Source of the DNA: a virus
Length of the DNA: 64,000 bases
Direction: 5' to 3' (one strand)
IMG/VR virus record: IMGVR_UViG_3300046804_003780
Part shown: piece by piece, positions 59,497 to 64,000 of the stretch
Layout: each line of letters starts with the position of its first letter
Position numbering within the stretch: the stretch's first letter is position 1
The notes under the pieces: generated by a model
The model's database searches: none
Seen by the model: the letters and a program-made list of their open reading frames with translations, nothing else
What the model was told of the DNA's origin: nothing
Program-made: the position numbers and the translations under genes

Positions 59497-61272
59497 ATGT
59501 CTTATAAAAAACGTTTTTCAACTATCAATACCACTGGTCAATTAAGTCCTATATCAGGGAATAATAGTAATAGTGGTGCTTGGAATGGACCCGGCTTTAA
59601 TAACGAACAAACCGGGGGCTGGAACAATGACGCTTTTGGTTATAAAAACTATATGAGCAGATTACCTGAGGTTTACACAGGGCACCCAAATCGTATAGAA
59701 CGTTATAATCAATACGAAATGATGGATGTTGATGCCGAAATCAATGCATGTTTAGACATAATTGCTGAGTTTAGTACACAGAGGAATGAACATAATAATA
59801 CACCTTTTAGCTTAGAATTTAAAGAAGATCCGACTCCTCATGAAGTAGAATTATTAAAAAAACAACTGCAGCAATGGTGTAAACTCAATGATTTTGATAA
59901 CCGTATTTTTAAAATTTTTCGTAATACAATAAAATACGGTGATCAATTCTTTATACGTGATCCAGAAAATTTTAAATTATATTGGGTAGATGCAACTAAA
60001 GTTGGCAAAGTTATTGTAAACGAAAGCGAAGGTAAGTTGCCAGAACAATATGTTGTAAAAGATATTAACGTTAATTTACAAAATTTAACGGTAGCAGCAA
60101 AGACTACAACAGACTTTCAAGCACAGCCTCCAACTGCAGGATACAGCGCACCGTACAGTTATACTGTACCAAATGAGCCGTATGGCACAACAGGAAGTAG
60201 ATTTAGTTTAGGACAAAACGAAGCAGCAATAGATGCTAAACACGTGGTTCATCTAAGTTTAACTGAAGGATTGGATAGATATTGGCCTTTTGGGCAAAGC
60301 ATTTTAGAGAGTATTTTTAAAGTATATAAACAAAAAGAATTACTTGAGGATGCGATATTAATATACCGTGTTAGTCGAGCCCCAGAACGTAGAGTATTTA
60401 AAATTGACGTAGGTAACATGCCTAGTCATATGGCAATGGCGTTCGTTGATAGAGTAAAGAATGAGATTCACCAACGCAGAATACCAACTAGTCAGGGTGG
60501 GTCTAGTGTATTAGATGCTACATATAATCCATTAAGTATTAACGAAGATTATTTCTTTCCGACCACTGCAGACGGCAGGGGAAGTACTGTAGAAATGTTG
60601 CAGGGCGGACAAAACTTAGGCGAAATTGACGATTTAAAATATTTCAACAACAGATTAGCACGTGGTTTACGTGTACCAAGTAGTTATTTACCAACTGGAC
60701 CTGACGATGGACAAGTCCCATTAAATGATGGCCGAGTTGGTACTGCTATGATACAAGAGTTTAGATTTAATCAGTATTGTGAAAGATTACAAAACTACAT
60801 AGCTCAAAAATTAGATGATGAGTTTAAATTGTTTATTCGCTGGAGAGGGTTTAATATTGATAGTGGATTATTCGATATTAAGTTTAATGCGCCGCAAAAT
60901 TTTGCTGCATATCGTCAAAGCGAATTGGATAAAGATCGTGTAGCCACATTCAGCACAATGGAAGCTTTTCCATATATAAGTAAACGGTTTGCCCTACAAA
61001 GATTCTTAGGATTAAGTGAAGAAGAAATTACAGAAAATGAACGTTTATGGGAAGAAGAACGTGAATCAGAGGTTACCGATGATGCTAAGGGTAGTGATTT
61101 ACGAAGTATAGGTATTAGTGCAGGGGATATTGATACAGATTTAGAAACTGCAGACGGTATGGAGGATTCGGAACAAATGCCTCCGCCTGAAGTAGCCCCA
61201 GGTGTAGCCGGTCCTCAAGCAATGCCAGGCGGGGGAGTTCCTGCAGCAGCGGCTCCGGCTCCGTCTATTTAA
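59497..61272 (+). CDS. portal protein (T4 gp20-like)
   Basis: LLEDAILIYRVSRAPERRVFKIDVGNMP, EDYFFP, GGQNLGEIDD..YF, LRVPSS. Confidence 0.96.
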   Translation: MSYKKRFSTINTTGQLSPISGNNSNSGAWNGPGFNNEQTGGWNNDAFGYKNYMSRLPEVYTGHPNRIERYNQYEMMDVDAEINACLDIIAEFSTQRNEHNNTPFSLEFKEDPTPHEVELLKKQLQQWCKLNDFDNRIFKIFRNTIKYGDQFFIRDPENFKLYWVDATKVGKVIVNESEGKLPEQYVVKDINVNLQNLTVAAKTTTDFQAQPPTAGYSAPYSYTVPNEPYGTTGSRFSLGQNEAAIDAKHVVHLSLTEGLDRYWPFGQSILESIFKVYKQKELLEDAILIYRVSRAPERRVFKIDVGNMPSHMAMAFVDRVKNEIHQRRIPTSQGGSSVLDATYNPLSINEDYFFPTTADGRGSTVEMLQGGQNLGEIDDLKYFNNRLARGLRVPSSYLPTGPDDGQVPLNDGRVGTAMIQEFRFNQYCERLQNYIAQKLDDEFKLFIRWRGFNIDSGLFDIKFNAPQNFAAYRQSELDKDRVATFSTMEAFPYISKRFALQRFLGLSEEEITENERLWEEERESEVTDDAKGSDLRSIGISAGDIDTDLETADGMEDSEQMPPPEVAPGVAGPQAMPGGGVPAAAAPAPSI

Positions 61273-61882
61273 CTATTACCCAATTTTTAGTAGAGTGATA
61301 TTTACCTGATACTAACTTGCTTACATTGCCTTGATCCAAATCATATTTAATTTTAAAATCATATTGAGTGCAGATTACAATTTCACCACTGATTTTATTA
61401 AAAAATTTATACTTTATAAAGTCTGCATTAGGATTGGTCAACCCTAAATAAAGTCCCCTTTTTGCTTCCCGCATTCTTTCTTTAGTAATGTTTGATTTGG
61501 GAACACCTAACATTATTGACGATTGGTTTTGTTTTTGGTGTTGTGATTGTGGTTTACCGAACATAGGATTTCTATTTCCTATTCTATCGATTGATGATGG
61601 CCCTTCTCCTCCTTCTGTTTTGTTTCTTAAGATTCCAGTTTTTAAATCCTTTCTGCCGTACCATCTGATATATCTTCTCTCAAGGGCTAAAGCACCTATA
61701 TTAGTCAAATTAGATTCAAGGATTACTATTCTTTTACTATTTTTCGGAATGCATACACAATGATTTTTGTCCCATGCTCTTTTATGTTTCCCTTTACCAA
61801 TGTAATATGGACTCCCATCATTTCTCAGATATGCGTATACATAATATCCAAAAGGGTAATTATGTTTTGAATAAATATTCAT
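61265..61882 (-). mobile_element. free-standing GIY-YIG (Seg-like) homing endonuclease gene with NUMOD3-like DNA-binding region
   Basis: YVYAY...YYIGKG..R, E..YI..YG, LRNKTEGGEG, NPMFGK; inverted relative to the head operon; own SD (AAGGAG) and TAAATA (61946-61941). Confidence 0.85.
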
Positions 61883-61981
61883 GCTGATGCTCCTTTAAAG
61901 CGTTAGAGTAGTTGGGTCTGCCAACCGCGAACTACAACTATATTTATGCATATTTTCATAAATAATAGATGAGGTATCCAA

Positions 61982-62200
61982 ATGAAGCTTTTTGAAATGT
62001 TTAATCCTGCAGTGCCTGGTTATCAAGATACAGCAAGTGATAACAGTAAACCTCGTTGGAAAGAAACTCGTAAAACAAAACTAACATTACGCCAAATACG
62101 AAAACTAAGAAAAATGTTAGATGTAAGAAATTTTGAAAAATCAAAAAATTTAGAAAAAGTTAGAAAACAATATAAACCTCCAGCCCAACCACCTGCATAA
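61982..62200 (+). CDS. small basic head-region protein
   Basis: GAGG SD, TAAATA at 61959-61964; TRKTKLTLRQIRKLRKM. Confidence 0.7.
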   Translation: MKLFEMFNPAVPGYQDTASDNSKPRWKETRKTKLTLRQIRKLRKMLDVRNFEKSKNLEKVRKQYKPPAQPPA

Positions 62201-62304
62201 GTATATTCTTACAAAAAACGCAAAAAAATAGCACATTTTGTGCTATTTTTACATATACCCAATAAATAAGTATTACAAAGCCATTTCTAAAGGAGAATTC
62301 AATA

Positions 62305-63165
62305 ATGGATAACAGAAAATTTGAACAACTCATTGAGTTGATTATCAATGAGAATGAAGAACAAGCACGTGCATTATTTCACGATATAGTAGTCGAAAAA
62401 TCCAGAGAGATTTACGAAGAAATAATGGATGAAGAATCAATGGCAGAAGATATGTCAGGTGGATTATTAGATGAAATCGAAGCAGACGTAGAATCTGATG
62501 AAGAAGGTATGTCAGAAGAAGATGATGAGTTTGCTGACATTGAAATCGATGACGAAGATGGCATGGGCGACGAAGGTATGGAAGACGACCTAGAAGATCG
62601 TGTTGTTGATTTAGAAGATAAATTAGATCAATTAATGGCAGAATTCGAAGAAATTATGGGTCATGACGATGACATGGGTGACATGGATGACGACATGGGC
62701 GATGAAGATTTTGGTGATGAAGATATGATGGAATCTGCTGATGATGAAGAGGAAGATGACGAAGAAGATGTATCAGAGTCAAGAGAAGAGGACGATGAAG
62801 AAGAAAGCCTCGAAGAATCTGTACAACTAACAAAAGTGTCTGGTTTGTATGACAGTAAGATTGGCGGCGACGATGGATCACAAACAAAGAGCCCAACGTT
62901 AACAAAGCCAAAAGTTACACAAACAGGTGCTAAGCCAGTTAACTTCAGCGGCGAAAGCTCAACAGGCGGCACAAAAGGCGGTTTATTAAGTCCAGATACA
63001 AAAGATGTTAAAGATGCAAATAACTGGAAAAATCGTGCAGCACAAAAAGGAATGAATCTAGAAAAAGCACCTAAGCCACAACATGGTAAGGGTAGTGAAG
63101 GCCAAAACAATCAAAGTGTTGTAGCCGAATCTAGGAAGTCCGTTAAGAAAATCATTAAGAAATAA
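62305..63165 (+). CDS. highly acidic prohead core-like protein
   Basis: AAGGAG SD; D/E/M-rich centre; lies between portal and protease. Confidence 0.65.
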   Translation: MDNRKFEQLIELIINENEEQARALFHDIVVEKSREIYEEIMDEESMAEDMSGGLLDEIEADVESDEEGMSEEDDEFADIEIDDEDGMGDEGMEDDLEDRVVDLEDKLDQLMAEFEEIMGHDDDMGDMDDDMGDEDFGDEDMMESADDEEEDDEEDVSESREEDDEEESLEESVQLTKVSGLYDSKIGGDDGSQTKSPTLTKPKVTQTGAKPVNFSGESSTGGTKGGLLSPDTKDVKDANNWKNRAAQKGMNLEKAPKPQHGKGSEGQNNQSVVAESRKSVKKIIKK

Positions 63166-63180
63166 GGAACTCTAAAGCAA

Positions 63181-63816
63181 ATGGCTTTGTATCTTAGAGA
63201 AAACTTAACATTCGACCGTGCTAACATGGTCGTTGAAAGTATTAGTGATGGAGAAAATAAAAAATCTCTTTACATGAAGGGTATTTTCATTCAAGGTGGG
63301 GTAAAGAACGCTAATGAGCGTGTTTACCCTGTCGATCAAATTGAGTCTGCAGTAGAACAACTCAATGAACAAATTATGGAAGGCAACAGTGTTTTAGGCG
63401 AAGTTGACCATCCTGACGATTTAAAAATCAATTTAGACCGTGTAAGTCACATGATAACAAATATGTGGATGGACGGTCCTAATGGTTTCGGAAAATTAAA
63501 AATATTACCTACTCCAATGGGAGAACTTGTATCAACCATGCTACAGAGTGGTGTAAAACTGGGTGTTAGTAGTAGAGGAAGCGGAAACGTTGATGATGCT
63601 ACTGGTAAGGTTAGTGACTTTGAAATAGTCACTGTGGATATTGTCGCACAGCCTAGTGCACCAAATGCTTATCCAAAAGCAATTTATGAAGGTATGATGA
63701 ACATGCGTCATGGTCATAAATTATTAGAGATAGCAAAAGATGCACGAAATGACAGTAAAGTACAGAGATACCTGAAAGACGAAGTGGTTCGTCTTATCAA
63801 GGACCTCAAGTTATAA
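63181..63816 (+). CDS. prohead protease (T4 gp21-like)
   Basis: GIFIQ..VKNANERVYP, GEVDHP, VSH, LGVSSRGSG, DIVAQPSAPNAYP. Confidence 0.95.
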   Translation: MALYLRENLTFDRANMVVESISDGENKKSLYMKGIFIQGGVKNANERVYPVDQIESAVEQLNEQIMEGNSVLGEVDHPDDLKINLDRVSHMITNMWMDGPNGFGKLKILPTPMGELVSTMLQSGVKLGVSSRGSGNVDDATGKVSDFEIVTVDIVAQPSAPNAYPKAIYEGMMNMRHGHKLLEIAKDARNDSKVQRYLKDEVVRLIKDLKL

Positions 63817-63830
63817 TAGGGGAATACAGC

Positions 63831-64000
63831 ATGTTTGATGCTATTAAGCCATTACTTGAGAGCGGAATTATTAATGAAGAAACCAGCCAAGCAATTAATG
63901 AGGCATGGGAATCTAAATTAAATGAGGCTCGTGAGCAAGTACGTGCAGAATTACACGAAGAATTTGCACAAAGATATGAGCATGACAAGAATGTAATGGT
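63831..64000 (+). CDS. prohead scaffolding protein (T4 gp22-like), 3'-truncated
   Basis: ATG at 63831, MFDAIKPLLESGIINEETSQAINEAWESKLNEAREQVRAEL...; position after the protease. Confidence 0.8.
   Translation, partial: MFDAIKPLLESGIINEETSQAINEAWESKLNEAREQVRAELHEEFAQRYEHDKNVM

Noticed and set aside
62420-62820. GAT/GAA/GAC-rich low-complexity DNA
   Set aside because: Explained by the acidic tract of the prohead core-like protein, not a separate repeat element.
313-63988. Numerous short antisense or alternate-frame ORFs in the track (e.g. 313..579, 592..1065, 5413..5667, 42702..43124, 62661..63110)
   Set aside because: Shadow frames of long, well-supported genes; no SD or protein motifs.
1-64000. 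CRISPR array, reverse transcriptase/DGR, integrase, stop-codon reassignment
   Set aside because: No repeat-spacer array or RT/integrase motifs seen; core genes are intact in code 11 and TAA, TAG and TGA all act as stops.

Overview
AT-rich segment of a large myovirus (T4-superfamily, jumbo-phage-like) genome in the standard genetic code. From left to right: tail-fibre genes (1-4444); a phosphate-starvation accessory island (pstS, an OprO/OprP-type porin, a PlcP-like phosphoesterase and a GT2 glycosyltransferase) carrying two Pho boxes (4.7-9 kb); small membrane or periplasmic ORFs; a circularly permuted two-piece tmRNA whose spacer holds a small hydrophobic ORF (11.3-11.6 kb); a glycosyltransferase/radical-SAM cluster (10.3-18.3 kb); a minus-strand baseplate/virion block with a 5284-aa protein (18.6-48.3 kb); gp55-like late sigma, gp47/gp46, a HAD nucleotidase and a Holliday-junction resolvase; a ~430-nt highly structured non-coding element (53.2-53.65 kb); a tail-chaperone pair joined by a predicted -1 frameshift; two paralogous tape-measure-like genes; portal, a free-standing GIY-YIG endonuclease, prohead core, prohead protease and the start of the scaffold gene. 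A Gram-negative, probably betaproteobacterial, host is inferred from the porin and the tmRNA tag. The best candidates for new biology are (i) Pho boxes placed exactly 11 nt upstream of TAAATA late-promoter motifs driving phosphate-uptake and lipid-remodelling genes, (ii) a peptide ORF inside the tmRNA intervening segment, and (iii) the unassigned large structured RNA. All assignments come from motif recognition by eye; no database searches or folding programs were run.
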